64,000 bases of DNA from assembly GCA_016219225.1 (NCBI GenBank), contig JACRBX010000202.1:741-64740 (forward strand). The letters are read 5' to 3'. Below the pieces are notes generated by a model that saw only the letters and a program-made list of their open reading frames with translations, did no database searches and was not told the DNA's origin. Of this stretch, positions 28,031 to 37,027 are shown piece by piece (positions within the stretch are counted from its first letter, which is position 1; every line of letters begins with the position of its first letter). This stretch comes from Deltaproteobacteria bacterium. GTDB lineage: Bacteria > Desulfobacterota > RBG-13-43-22. The translations under genes were made by a program, and so were the position numbers.

Positions 28031-28576
28031 ATGAACGAGCAGGAACGGGAAAAATGGTATGCTTTTGAGCATCAAAAATATGGCATCCCCATTGAATATC
28101 TGAAGCGGGAATTTGAAAAAGAGTTGTCAGGCCAAGTCCCTATGGACCAACCCCTGGAGATACCTGACAAGATGGAGGTCATCTATAAGTACAGTTACGG
28201 CCAACAATCCCGGTTTTTCAGGGAACTGCGGGAAAACAAGAAAATTTACGGGGCCAAATGCCCCCAATGCAGCAAGGTCTACTGCCCTCCCAGGGCCCAT
28301 TGTTCCCTGTGCTATCAGCCTACCGAATGGGTGCCTTTGACCGGGACCGGGGTGATCAAGACCTTTACGGTCCAGTATATCTCCACCAGTGCCTTTATTA
28401 AAAAAGTTCCCTTTGTCTGCGCCTATGTGCAATTAGATGGAACCGATTTTCTGCTCATGGCCAATATGGAAGTGGAAGATGTGGCCCGGATCAGGGTGGG
28501 GACAAAAGTCAAGGCCGTCTTTCGTGAAGAACGGCAGGGGACCATCACGGATTTTTATTTTGAACCGTACGAATAA
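28031..28576 (+). CDS. DUF35 Zn-ribbon/OB-fold protein
   Basis: KCPQC.KVYCPPRAHCSLC, GTKVKAVFRE.R.G.ITDFYF; ATG 28031 directly after the thiolase stop. Confidence 0.9.
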   Translation: MNEQEREKWYAFEHQKYGIPIEYLKREFEKELSGQVPMDQPLEIPDKMEVIYKYSYGQQSRFFRELRENKKIYGAKCPQCSKVYCPPRAHCSLCYQPTEWVPLTGTGVIKTFTVQYISTSAFIKKVPFVCAYVQLDGTDFLLMANMEVEDVARIRVGTKVKAVFREERQGTITDFYFEPYE

Positions 28577-28580
28577 TTTT

Positions 28581-28737
28581 TTTGACAGGATTTACGGGAT
28601 TGACAGGATTGACAAATTCATAAAAAGTCCCTATGCGCGCATATTCGTCATTCCCGTGAAAACGGGAATCCAGTGCTTTTAAGCAGTCACGAGTTGACTG
28701 GATTCCCGCCTTCGCGGGAATGACGAGTTTTTGCGAG
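28581..28737. repeat. Nonamer array (ACAGGATTT/G) followed by a family C palindromic element
   Basis: GTCATTCCCGTGAAAACGGGAATCCAG...CTGGATTCCCGCCTTCGCGGGAATGAC at 28647-28724. Confidence 0.88.
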
Positions 28738-28838
28738 TTAATCAGGATTGTATTTTCCCCTTTCTTGTCGAAGGGTAAAAAAATCCAATTAATCCCTTTT
28801 AAAAGTAATTTAATACACATCAATCGCGGAGGCCATAA

Positions 28839-29678
28839 ATGTCCCGGAAAGTCATCATCACCATTGCCCCCACAGGCAGTATACCGACCCGGAAAAACAA
28901 TCCCAATCTTCCGATTACGCCGGAAGAAGTGGCCGAAGAAGCGCGTCGCTCTTATGAGGCCGGGGCTGCCGTGGTGCACCTCCACGCCAGGAATCCCGAT
29001 ACCGGTGAACCCACGCCGGACATCGAGGTCTTCCGGGCCAATCTTGAGGCCATCCGGGCGGCCTGCCCGATCATTACCCAGATCACCTCGGGCGGCGGGG
29101 CAACCCGCTTGGGCCTCACACCGGAGGAGCGGTTGAAACCGGTCCTGGAACTCCAACCCGATTCGGCCTCTTTGAATGCCGGCTCCATGAATTTCGGCCG
29201 GAACCTCTTTCCCAATCTTCCGGAAGTCATGGAGCTATATGCCCGGAAGATGAAAGAGATCAAGGTCATGCCCGAGTTTGAAGTCTATGATCTGTCCATG
29301 ATTAATAATGTAGAGGTCTGGATCCGCCAGGGCGGGATATTGGAACCCCCCTATCAATTCAGTTTTGTCCTTGGGGTTTTGGGCGGGATTCCGGCCACCT
29401 TTAAAAATCTCCTGGCCCTGAAGGAAAGCCTGCCCGAGGGCTACACCTGGCAGGCTATCGGTATCGGCCGCCATCAGATCCCCATGGGGATTATGGCTGT
29501 CCTTATGGGGGGAAATTTCCGGGTCGGTTTTGAAGATAATGTTTACCTGTCCAAAGGGGTCCTGGCCAAAAGCAATGCCGAATTGGTGGAAAAGGCGGTG
29601 CGCATCATCCGGGAATTGGGGTATGAACCCGCTACGGTAGCAGAGGCCAGGGAGATATTGCCGCTGTTGAATAAATAA
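28839..29678 (+). CDS. BKACE / 3-keto-5-aminohexanoate cleavage enzyme family (DUF849)
   Basis: IITIAPTG, NLPITPEE, VHLHAR, ASLNAGSMNFG, RVGFEDN. Confidence 0.93.
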   Translation: MSRKVIITIAPTGSIPTRKNNPNLPITPEEVAEEARRSYEAGAAVVHLHARNPDTGEPTPDIEVFRANLEAIRAACPIITQITSGGGATRLGLTPEERLKPVLELQPDSASLNAGSMNFGRNLFPNLPEVMELYARKMKEIKVMPEFEVYDLSMINNVEVWIRQGGILEPPYQFSFVLGVLGGIPATFKNLLALKESLPEGYTWQAIGIGRHQIPMGIMAVLMGGNFRVGFEDNVYLSKGVLAKSNAELVEKAVRIIRELGYEPATVAEAREILPLLNK

Positions 29679-29727
29679 AAAATATGAGGAAAAGGAGAAT
29701 TTCGATATTCATATTTGGAGGAATCTT

Positions 29728-31263
29728 ATGGAAATGACTCTCGGTGAGGCATTTGCCCGTTCGGCCCGAAAATTTCCGGACAAAACGGCCTGTATGGATG
29801 ATGAAAAAAGTATCACCTATGGCCGGATGAATGAACGGGTTAATCGCTGGGCCCAGGCGGCTATTGGATTGGGTTTGGAAAAGGGCCGTCATGTAGCCAC
29901 CTTGGCCAATAATTGTCTGGCTTTAATGGAAGTCTATCTGGGAAATCTAAAATGCGGCCTGGTCACCGTACCTATCGACGCCCGGGCCACTTTGCAGGAT
30001 AAGTGTTATCAGGCCGAATTCACCGACAACGACGTCCTGATCTTTCACTCTGATTTTTCCGGTACGGTAGAAGAAATACGCAGTCGGCTTCCACAGATAA
30101 AAACCTTTGTCTGTCTGGGCGGGAATTGCCCTTCTTTTGCCCTGGATTACGAAAAGCTGCTTCGGCAAAGCCAGGATAAAGAAACGGAAATCCCTCTGGT
30201 GGAAGAAGACGAAGCCTTTATCCTGTTCACAGGAGGGACCACCGGCCGTTCCAAAGGGGCGATACTGACCCATAAGAATTTACTCTGGAATATCATTTGT
30301 GTGACCACTGAAAATCAAAGCCCCACCCCGGAAGATAGTGTCTATTATCCCATGCAGATGTACCACACGGCGGCCTTAAGCCGTTTTCTGGCCTACATGT
30401 ATGCCGGCGGGACCTTCATCGGCAGCAAAACCTTTAACCCGGATACTTATCTGGATGTGGTGGAAAAAGAACGGACCACCTTTATCGTCGGCAATCCCAC
30501 CATCTTCAGGATGCTCCTGGAGGCCAATATCAAACGTCCCCGGGACACGTCTTCCATGAAGCGCTGGTTTTGCTCTCAAGGTTTTTTGCATCCGGATTTA
30601 AAAGAAGATATCCAAAAATATCTCTGGCCCAACGGCGAGCTGTACGGCTCTTATGCCTTGACCGAGGCCTCGCCGGCAGTGACCGTTTTAAAACCTACGG
30701 ACAGACCCCGTCAATGGGGGAGTGTCGGCCGCCCTTATATGTGCACCGAGGTGCGTATCGTGGATGAGTCTGATCAGGACAGGCCTGTTGGAGAAGAGGG
30801 GGAAATTATCGTCCGCGGGCCCACGGTTTTCAAAGGGTATTACAAAAACCCCGAAGAAACCGCCCGGACCTTAAGGGGGGGCTGGCTGCACACCGGGGAT
30901 GTGGGCCGATACGATGACCTGGGTTTTCTCTATATGGTCGACCGGATCAAGGACATGATCAAGACCGGGGGGATTAATGTCTTTTGCAGTGAAATAGAAG
31001 AGGTCCTTTCCCGCCATCCGGATATCTCCGAAGGGGTGGTCATCGGGGTCCCCCATGTCAAATGGGGAGAATCCATCCGGGCCATCGTGGTCCCTAAAAA
31101 AGGGGCGGAGTTGTCGGAAGCGGCAGTCATCGAACACTGCCGCTGCCATCTGGCCAGTCATAAGAAGCCCACCTCGGTCATCTTTTTGGAGGAACTGCCC
31201 AAAGGGACCTTTGGCGGCAAGGTTTTGAAAAGAATTTTACGGGAGCAATACGGAAAGGAATAG
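29728..31263 (+). CDS. Acyl-CoA synthetase (AMP-forming)
   Basis: FTGGTTGRSKG, YALTEAS, GWLHTGD, GGKVLKR. Confidence 0.94.
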   Translation: MEMTLGEAFARSARKFPDKTACMDDEKSITYGRMNERVNRWAQAAIGLGLEKGRHVATLANNCLALMEVYLGNLKCGLVTVPIDARATLQDKCYQAEFTDNDVLIFHSDFSGTVEEIRSRLPQIKTFVCLGGNCPSFALDYEKLLRQSQDKETEIPLVEEDEAFILFTGGTTGRSKGAILTHKNLLWNIICVTTENQSPTPEDSVYYPMQMYHTAALSRFLAYMYAGGTFIGSKTFNPDTYLDVVEKERTTFIVGNPTIFRMLLEANIKRPRDTSSMKRWFCSQGFLHPDLKEDIQKYLWPNGELYGSYALTEASPAVTVLKPTDRPRQWGSVGRPYMCTEVRIVDESDQDRPVGEEGEIIVRGPTVFKGYYKNPEETARTLRGGWLHTGDVGRYDDLGFLYMVDRIKDMIKTGGINVFCSEIEEVLSRHPDISEGVVIGVPHVKWGESIRAIVVPKKGAELSEAAVIEHCRCHLASHKKPTSVIFLEELPKGTFGGKVLKRILREQYGKE

Positions 31264-31271
31264 ATTTTTTT

Positions 31272-31724
31272 ATGGCCCCCCATTATTTTGACGATTTCTA
31301 TCTTGGCCAGGAATTCATTACTAAGAGCCGGACGGTGACTGAAACCGATATAGTCAATTTCGCCGCCCTGTCCTGGGATACCAACCAACTGCATACCGAT
31401 GCCGAATTCGCCAAAACGACCCCTTTCGGCGAGCGGATTGCCCACGGCATGCTGGGCCTGGTGATCCATACCGGACTGTCCCAGATGCTGGGGATCATGG
31501 AAGGAACCGTCATTGCCTTTCTGGGCCTGACCTGGAATTTTCTCCTGCCCGTCCGCATCGGGGATACCATCCATGTGGTCCAGCGGGTCAAGGAACTGCG
31601 GGAGACTTCCAATCCGGAGCGGGGGATCCTGGTCCTTGAAAAGGAAGTGGTCAATCAAAAGGGAGAGACCGTTCAGAAAGGGACGACCACTACCCTGATG
31701 GCCAGGCAGAAAAGAGGCCAATAA
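31272..31724 (+). CDS. MaoC-family (R)-specific enoyl-CoA hydratase/dehydratase
   Basis: RTVTETDIVNFA.LSWD.NQLH.D...FGERIAHG. Confidence 0.92.
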   Translation: MAPHYFDDFYLGQEFITKSRTVTETDIVNFAALSWDTNQLHTDAEFAKTTPFGERIAHGMLGLVIHTGLSQMLGIMEGTVIAFLGLTWNFLLPVRIGDTIHVVQRVKELRETSNPERGILVLEKEVVNQKGETVQKGTTTTLMARQKRGQ

Positions 31725-31740
31725 ATTTATGAAGATCCTC

Positions 31741-31794
31741 TTCGGCAAGCCCATCGCCTCTTTTCAACTGGTCCAGAATCTGCTGGCCGAGATG
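31741..31794 (+). pseudogene. Short internal remnant of an acyl-CoA dehydrogenase gene
   Basis: Translates to FGKPIASFQLVQNLLAEM, the ACAD FAD-binding helix motif; no flanking ACAD sequence. Confidence 0.7.
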
Positions 31795-31798
31795 TCTA

Positions 31799-31821
31799 AT
31801 AGGTCAGGCATCTTGCCTGAC
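31799..31821. repeat. REP-like palindrome ATAGGTCAGGCATCTTGCCTGAC
   Basis: Matches 38371-38393 at 22 of 23 positions. Confidence 0.75.
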
Positions 31822-31849
31822 AATAGATTGAAATTAAAAAGGACGAAAA

Positions 31850-33046
31850 ATGGGTCACTACAGTAACAGCGGACCGCTCAGCGGAATAAAAATTCTGGAT
31901 TTTTCCAGCCTTCTGCCCGGTCCTTTTGCAACATTATATCTGGCCGATATGGGGGCCACGGTTTTGCGGGTCGGTTCAGGCACCAGGCCGGACCCTATAG
32001 AGACCAGAACACCTTTTATTCCTGAGACTGAAATTTCAGCGCTCTGGGCCTACCTGGCACGGGGTAAGCAGTCGATCAATCTAAACCTTAAAAATCCCAA
32101 GGCCGTCAGGATTGTTGAACAGTTGATCGCCGAATATGATGTGGTCATCGAACAATTTCGACCGGGTGTGATGGGCAAACTGAGATTGGATTATGAAAGC
32201 CTGAAAAAAATTAATCCGGCCGTCATCTATTGCTCGCTAACCGGCTATGGACAGACCGGTCCCTTAAGAAAAAGGGCCGGTCATGACATTAACTATCTTT
32301 CTCTGGCTGGACTTCCGGCTTATTCAGGGAAAAAAGAAAGCGGTCCGTCTCTGACGGGTATGCAGATTGCCGATATCGCTTCCGGTTCACTCCATTCGGT
32401 TATCGGTATTCTGGCGGCCGTCATCCATAGAAAGGAAACCGGGGAAGGACAATATATAGACCTAGCCATGATGGATGGGGTGATGGCCTTTAATATTGCA
32501 TCCGGGGTTTCTTGCCTGGTGGACGGGACAGAGCCGGTCCGGGAAAGGGAACGGCTGAACGGGGGGACCCTTTATGATTTTTATGAAACCAAAGACGGGG
32601 AATATATGAGTCTTGGTGCCCTGGAACCCCAGTTCTTTAAAGCCTTTTGTGAAGCCATCGGGCGTCCGGATCTTATATCTGGCGGCATTGCTCCCAAAAA
32701 TATTGAAACGGTCAAGGCTGAAGTTCGCGCCATTTTTAAATCAAAAACGAGGGATGAATGGAGAGAAATTTTCAGGGACTTCGATGCCTGTGTGGAGCCG
32801 GTGCTCGGTCTTTCGGAAGCCTTAAACAGCGCCCAGGCCAAAGAACGTCAGATGGTCATCGATATAGAACTGCCGGAGGGTGGCAAGGTCAGGCAGCTGG
32901 CTAACCCGATTAAGTTTTCTCATGCCCCTAAAGAATACACCTCTATAGGGGTTCCTTCGGGGACACACACCAAAGAGATTATCGGCGGATTAAGCTATTC
33001 GGAGGAGGAGTATAAAAGGATGGAGCAAGAAGGGGTCTTTAGTTAA
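31850..33046 (+). CDS. Family III CoA-transferase, alpha-methylacyl-CoA racemase-like
   Basis: LLPGPFATL.LADMGA, RAGHDINYLSLAG, QIADIASG, ALEPQF. Confidence 0.9.
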   Translation: MGHYSNSGPLSGIKILDFSSLLPGPFATLYLADMGATVLRVGSGTRPDPIETRTPFIPETEISALWAYLARGKQSINLNLKNPKAVRIVEQLIAEYDVVIEQFRPGVMGKLRLDYESLKKINPAVIYCSLTGYGQTGPLRKRAGHDINYLSLAGLPAYSGKKESGPSLTGMQIADIASGSLHSVIGILAAVIHRKETGEGQYIDLAMMDGVMAFNIASGVSCLVDGTEPVRERERLNGGTLYDFYETKDGEYMSLGALEPQFFKAFCEAIGRPDLISGGIAPKNIETVKAEVRAIFKSKTRDEWREIFRDFDACVEPVLGLSEALNSAQAKERQMVIDIELPEGGKVRQLANPIKFSHAPKEYTSIGVPSGTHTKEIIGGLSYSEEEYKRMEQEGVFS

Positions 33047-34204
33047 ATGAGTAGAGCGCTTGAAGGGATCAAGGTTTTGGATCTGGGAAGCTATATCGCC
33101 GGCCCCTATTGTTGTATGCTTTTGGCGGATCATGGGGCCGAGGTCATCCGGGTGGAGCCGCCGATGGGTAAGGTGGATCGTGAACTGGGCCCCTATTCGC
33201 CGGACGGCCAGCCCATGTCCTTCGGTTTGACGATACAGCGAAACAAGAAAAATATCACCTTAAACTTAAAGTCCGAAGCGGGAAAGCGACTTTTAGAGGA
33301 ATTGGTTAAAAAGGCCGATATCCTGGTGCACAATTCTCCTAAAGGATCGGAAGAGGCCCGGGTCCTCGAATATGAGCGTTTGAGCAGGATCAATCCGGCT
33401 TTGATCGTTGTGGCCATATCCGGCTTCGGGCAGAACGGCCCTTATGCGGAGCGGCCTTGCTTTGATGCCATTGCCCAGGCCATGTCCGGTTCCATGCCCT
33501 TCACCGGATATCCGGGATTGCCGCCCCTCAGGGCCGCCCTCCCTTATATCGATTTCAATACAGCGGCCCGGGCCGCTTTCGGGGCTATGATGGCCTATGT
33601 GGAGCGTCAGACGAGCGGCCGGGGGCAGCTTGTCGACATTGCCCTCTTTGACGTGGCCTTCTCCATAGTGGGCTCCGTGGGGTGTGCGGCCGAATACCTG
33701 CTCCTGGGTGAATTGCGAAAACAAGTCGGTAATGGGGGGTTCTATGCCTATTGCTGCAGTGCCTCGGCAAAAGACGGCTACCTGATGATCAATATCGTCG
33801 GCAATAGTATGTGGCGGCGCATGTGCCGGGTCCTGGGTCGGGAGGATCTGGCTAAAGATCCGCGCTTTAAAGATAATCTGCAACGCTACCGGAACTATGA
33901 GGCCATTGATCCGATCCTGGGGGATTGGATCAGAGATAAAACGATAGCCGAAGCCATGCGAATACTGGATGAAGCCGGTATCCCCTGCGGTCCGGTCAAT
34001 GATGTCTCCCGGACCCTGGAGGTGCCGCAAATTAAGGCCCGGGAAATGCTGATCGAACTCGACTATCCCGTCACCGGAAAAATTCCGGTTCCAGGGGTGG
34101 ATATCAAACTATCGAGAACACCGGGCCGGGTGGCTAAACGGGCATCTTTGTTGGGAGAAGACAATGAATCCATTTACTGCTGGCTTCTCGGCTATGAACC
34201 GTAA
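33047..34204 (+). CDS. Family III CoA-transferase, close paralog of 474-1667, truncated by an early TAA
   Basis: Collinear with 474-1667; homology continues in frame past TAA 34202-34204 (DLIRLKEEKAI, TGA at 34238-34240). Confidence 0.9.
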   Translation: MSRALEGIKVLDLGSYIAGPYCCMLLADHGAEVIRVEPPMGKVDRELGPYSPDGQPMSFGLTIQRNKKNITLNLKSEAGKRLLEELVKKADILVHNSPKGSEEARVLEYERLSRINPALIVVAISGFGQNGPYAERPCFDAIAQAMSGSMPFTGYPGLPPLRAALPYIDFNTAARAAFGAMMAYVERQTSGRGQLVDIALFDVAFSIVGSVGCAAEYLLLGELRKQVGNGGFYAYCCSASAKDGYLMINIVGNSMWRRMCRVLGREDLAKDPRFKDNLQRYRNYEAIDPILGDWIRDKTIAEAMRILDEAGIPCGPVNDVSRTLEVPQIKAREMLIELDYPVTGKIPVPGVDIKLSRTPGRVAKRASLLGEDNESIYCWLLGYEP

Positions 34205-34347
34205 GATCTGATACGATTGAAGGAAGAAAAGGCAATTTGAAGGGCAGCACCTTTGAAATTCATGAATTCAGGAGTCAGAAGCCAAAATTCAGAATGAGGA
34301 TCAATTCTTAAGAATCGACATTCATTACAGATATGGAGGGAAAAACA

Positions 34348-35805
34348 ATGACAGGAATCGTGTCTTATGGAGGCTATGTGCCTCGTTACCGGCTGGATCG
34401 TCGGAAGATATTTCAGGCTATGGGCTGGATGGACCCTTCGACCGCTTCGAATATGAGAGGCGAAAAGGCGGTAGCCAATTTTGATGAAGACAGCATCACC
34501 ATGGCCGTTGCCGCGGGAATAGACAGCCTCTGCGGGATGGACAGGTCGAAGGTGGATGGACTCTATTTCGCCTCGACCACCATGCCCTATAAGGAGCGGC
34601 TCAATGCCGGCATTTGCACGGCGGCTTTAGGACTCAAAGATCAAGTACGGGCCGCGGATTTCGGCGGCGGGCTGAAAGCCGGGACAACGGCGCTGCTGGC
34701 CGCCCTGGAAAGTGTCGCGGCCGGCGGTGCCAATACCATTATGGTTTGTGCTTCCGATTCCCGAATGGGAAGGCCGGCCTCCGGGGAAGAGATGATCTTT
34801 GGCGACGCTGCCGCAGGATTTATCGTCGGGAATGGAGAGGTGATCGCCGAATTCAAGGGCTCCTATTCGATCACCTATGATTTCGGCGATCACTACCGCG
34901 GGGCCTTTGCGAGGTTCGATCGGAAGTGGGAAGACCGATGGATTCGGGATCTGGGTTATGATCATTTTTTACCTGAGGTAATCAAGGGGTTCCTTTCCAA
35001 ATACGGCCTGAAGATCCAGGATTTTGCCAAGGTCATCTACGACTGCCATTATGGGGCGGAGCGTAAAAAACTCAATAAGATGCTGGGGATTACCGCCGAG
35101 ATGGATCAGGGGAATTACCAGGAACAGATCGGCCACTGCGGAGCGGCCCAAAGTCTGGTTATGCTGGCCGGTGCCCTGGAAGGGGCCAGGCCGGGAGACC
35201 GGCTGTTAGTGGTGAGCTTCGGCAGCGGCTGTGATGCCCTTTGTTTTGAGGTCACTGAAAACATCCTGAACAAAAAAAGCGGCCGCGGTATTTCGGGTTC
35301 CCTGGCCAACCGGGCGGAATTGGATGTTTATGAAAAATACCTGGTCTGGCGGGATATCCTGCCGGCGGAGATGGGGCTTCGGAGTGAGGAGGATCTCTGG
35401 ACCAGATGGACCGCTTTGTGGCGCAAGCGTAAAGAGGTCCTGGGACTCTGGGGCTCCCGGTGTTTAAAATGCGGGACTCCCCAATTACCGGCCCAGAAAA
35501 TCTGTGTTAATCCCGAGTGTGGGGCCGTCGACCAGATGGAAGAATATCTCTTTTCCGATAAGAAAGGACAGGTAGTCAGTTTTACCGGAGACATGCTGGC
35601 CGCTTCCTACAATCCTCCGGCCATCTACGGGGCCGTGGAATTCGAAGGGGGGGGCAAGTATTATTTTGACTTTGTCGATTGCACCCTGGCGGAAATGGCC
35701 ACCGGCCTGCCGGTGACCTTCAGTTTCAGAAGAAAATATTATGATAAGAAACGGGACATTTCCGGGTACTTCTGGAAGGCGGTCCCGGTAAAGGAGGACA
35801 AATAA
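34348..35805 (+). CDS. HMG-CoA synthase-like domain (catalytic Cys absent) fused to DUF35, second copy
   Basis: GIVSYGGYVPRYR, EKAVANFDEDSITMA, DFGGGLKAGTTAL; CLKC..CVNPEC, FSFRR...YFWKA; GGAGG RBS before ATG 34348. Confidence 0.88.
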   Translation: MTGIVSYGGYVPRYRLDRRKIFQAMGWMDPSTASNMRGEKAVANFDEDSITMAVAAGIDSLCGMDRSKVDGLYFASTTMPYKERLNAGICTAALGLKDQVRAADFGGGLKAGTTALLAALESVAAGGANTIMVCASDSRMGRPASGEEMIFGDAAAGFIVGNGEVIAEFKGSYSITYDFGDHYRGAFARFDRKWEDRWIRDLGYDHFLPEVIKGFLSKYGLKIQDFAKVIYDCHYGAERKKLNKMLGITAEMDQGNYQEQIGHCGAAQSLVMLAGALEGARPGDRLLVVSFGSGCDALCFEVTENILNKKSGRGISGSLANRAELDVYEKYLVWRDILPAEMGLRSEEDLWTRWTALWRKRKEVLGLWGSRCLKCGTPQLPAQKICVNPECGAVDQMEEYLFSDKKGQVVSFTGDMLAASYNPPAIYGAVEFEGGGKYYFDFVDCTLAEMATGLPVTFSFRRKYYDKKRDISGYFWKAVPVKEDK

Positions 35806-35806
35806 A

Positions 35807-37012
35807 ATGGCAAGTGGAATCAAAGATAAGGTGGCCATTCTGGGCATGGGCTGTTCCCGCTTCGGGGAGCGTTGGGAAAGCGGTGCCGAGGATTTGATGG
35901 TTGAGGCCTTTACGGAATGTCTGGCCGATGCCGGTATAGAAAAGAAAGAGATCCAGGCGGCCTATTTGGGGACCCATTTTGACGAGGTCAACGTGGGCAA
36001 GGCGTCCTTGCCTTTGTCCCTGGCCTTGAAACTGCCCTTTGTCCCCGCCACCAGGGTTGAAAATTTTTGTGCCACGGCCACGGAGGCCTTGAGGGCCGCA
36101 TCCTATGCCGTGGCCGCCGGAGCCTATGATATTGTCCTGGCCCTGGGGGTGGAGAAGCTGAAGGACACGGGCTACGGCGGTCTGCCCGGCGGGGCCGGCC
36201 GGGGCGTTAATGCCCGCATGGAAGCGGCCAACATGACCGCCCCGGGGATGTTTGCCCAATTGGCCACGGCCTACAGCGCCAAGTGGGGTATCTCCATGGA
36301 GAAAATCAAGGATGCCATTACCCATGTGTCGGTGAAGAGCCATGCCAATGGGGCCATGAATCCCAAGGCCCATTTAAGGAATGTGATCACCGAAGAACAG
36401 GCCAAGAAGGCCCCCATGATCGCCTATCCCCTGGGACTTTTTGATTGCTGCGGGGTGAGCGACGGATCGGCGGCCGCCATAGTGACCACTCCGGAGATCG
36501 CCAGAAGTTTGAAGAGGAATCAGGATATCGTCTTTATCAAGGCCATTCAGGTGGTCTGCAGTTCCGGAGAGGAGGAGATGTTCACGAAATGGGACGGGTC
36601 CCATTTCGCCACCACCCGGCGGGCGGCCACCATGGCTTATAACGAAGCAGGAATAAAAGACCCCAGGCAGGAAATCAGCATGATGGAGGTCCATGATTGT
36701 TTCTCCATCACGGAAATGGTCACCATGGAAGACCTGCACATCTCCCCCAAGGGAGGGGCCTATGAAGATATTATGAGCGGGTTTTTCGATCTGAAGGGCC
36801 AGGTGCCCTGCCAGGTGGATGGCGGCTTGAAATGTTTCGGCCATCCCATTGGGGCCTCGGGACTCCGGATGGTCTATGCCATGTATGAACAATTGCTGGA
36901 CCGGGTTCCTGAAGAGCGGAAGGTTAAAAATGCCCGATTAGGCCTGACCCATAATTTGGGGGGCTTCCCCTGGAAAAACGTGGCGGCCATTTCGATTGTC
37001 GGAAGGGGGTGA
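35807..37012 (+). CDS. Thiolase family protein, paralog of 19479-20666
   Basis: ENFCATA, EVHDCFS, GGLKCFGHPIGASG. Confidence 0.92.
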   Translation: MASGIKDKVAILGMGCSRFGERWESGAEDLMVEAFTECLADAGIEKKEIQAAYLGTHFDEVNVGKASLPLSLALKLPFVPATRVENFCATATEALRAASYAVAAGAYDIVLALGVEKLKDTGYGGLPGGAGRGVNARMEAANMTAPGMFAQLATAYSAKWGISMEKIKDAITHVSVKSHANGAMNPKAHLRNVITEEQAKKAPMIAYPLGLFDCCGVSDGSAAAIVTTPEIARSLKRNQDIVFIKAIQVVCSSGEEEMFTKWDGSHFATTRRAATMAYNEAGIKDPRQEISMMEVHDCFSITEMVTMEDLHISPKGGAYEDIMSGFFDLKGQVPCQVDGGLKCFGHPIGASGLRMVYAMYEQLLDRVPEERKVKNARLGLTHNLGGFPWKNVAAISIVGRG

Positions 37013-37027
37013 GGAGGACTGATTAAA

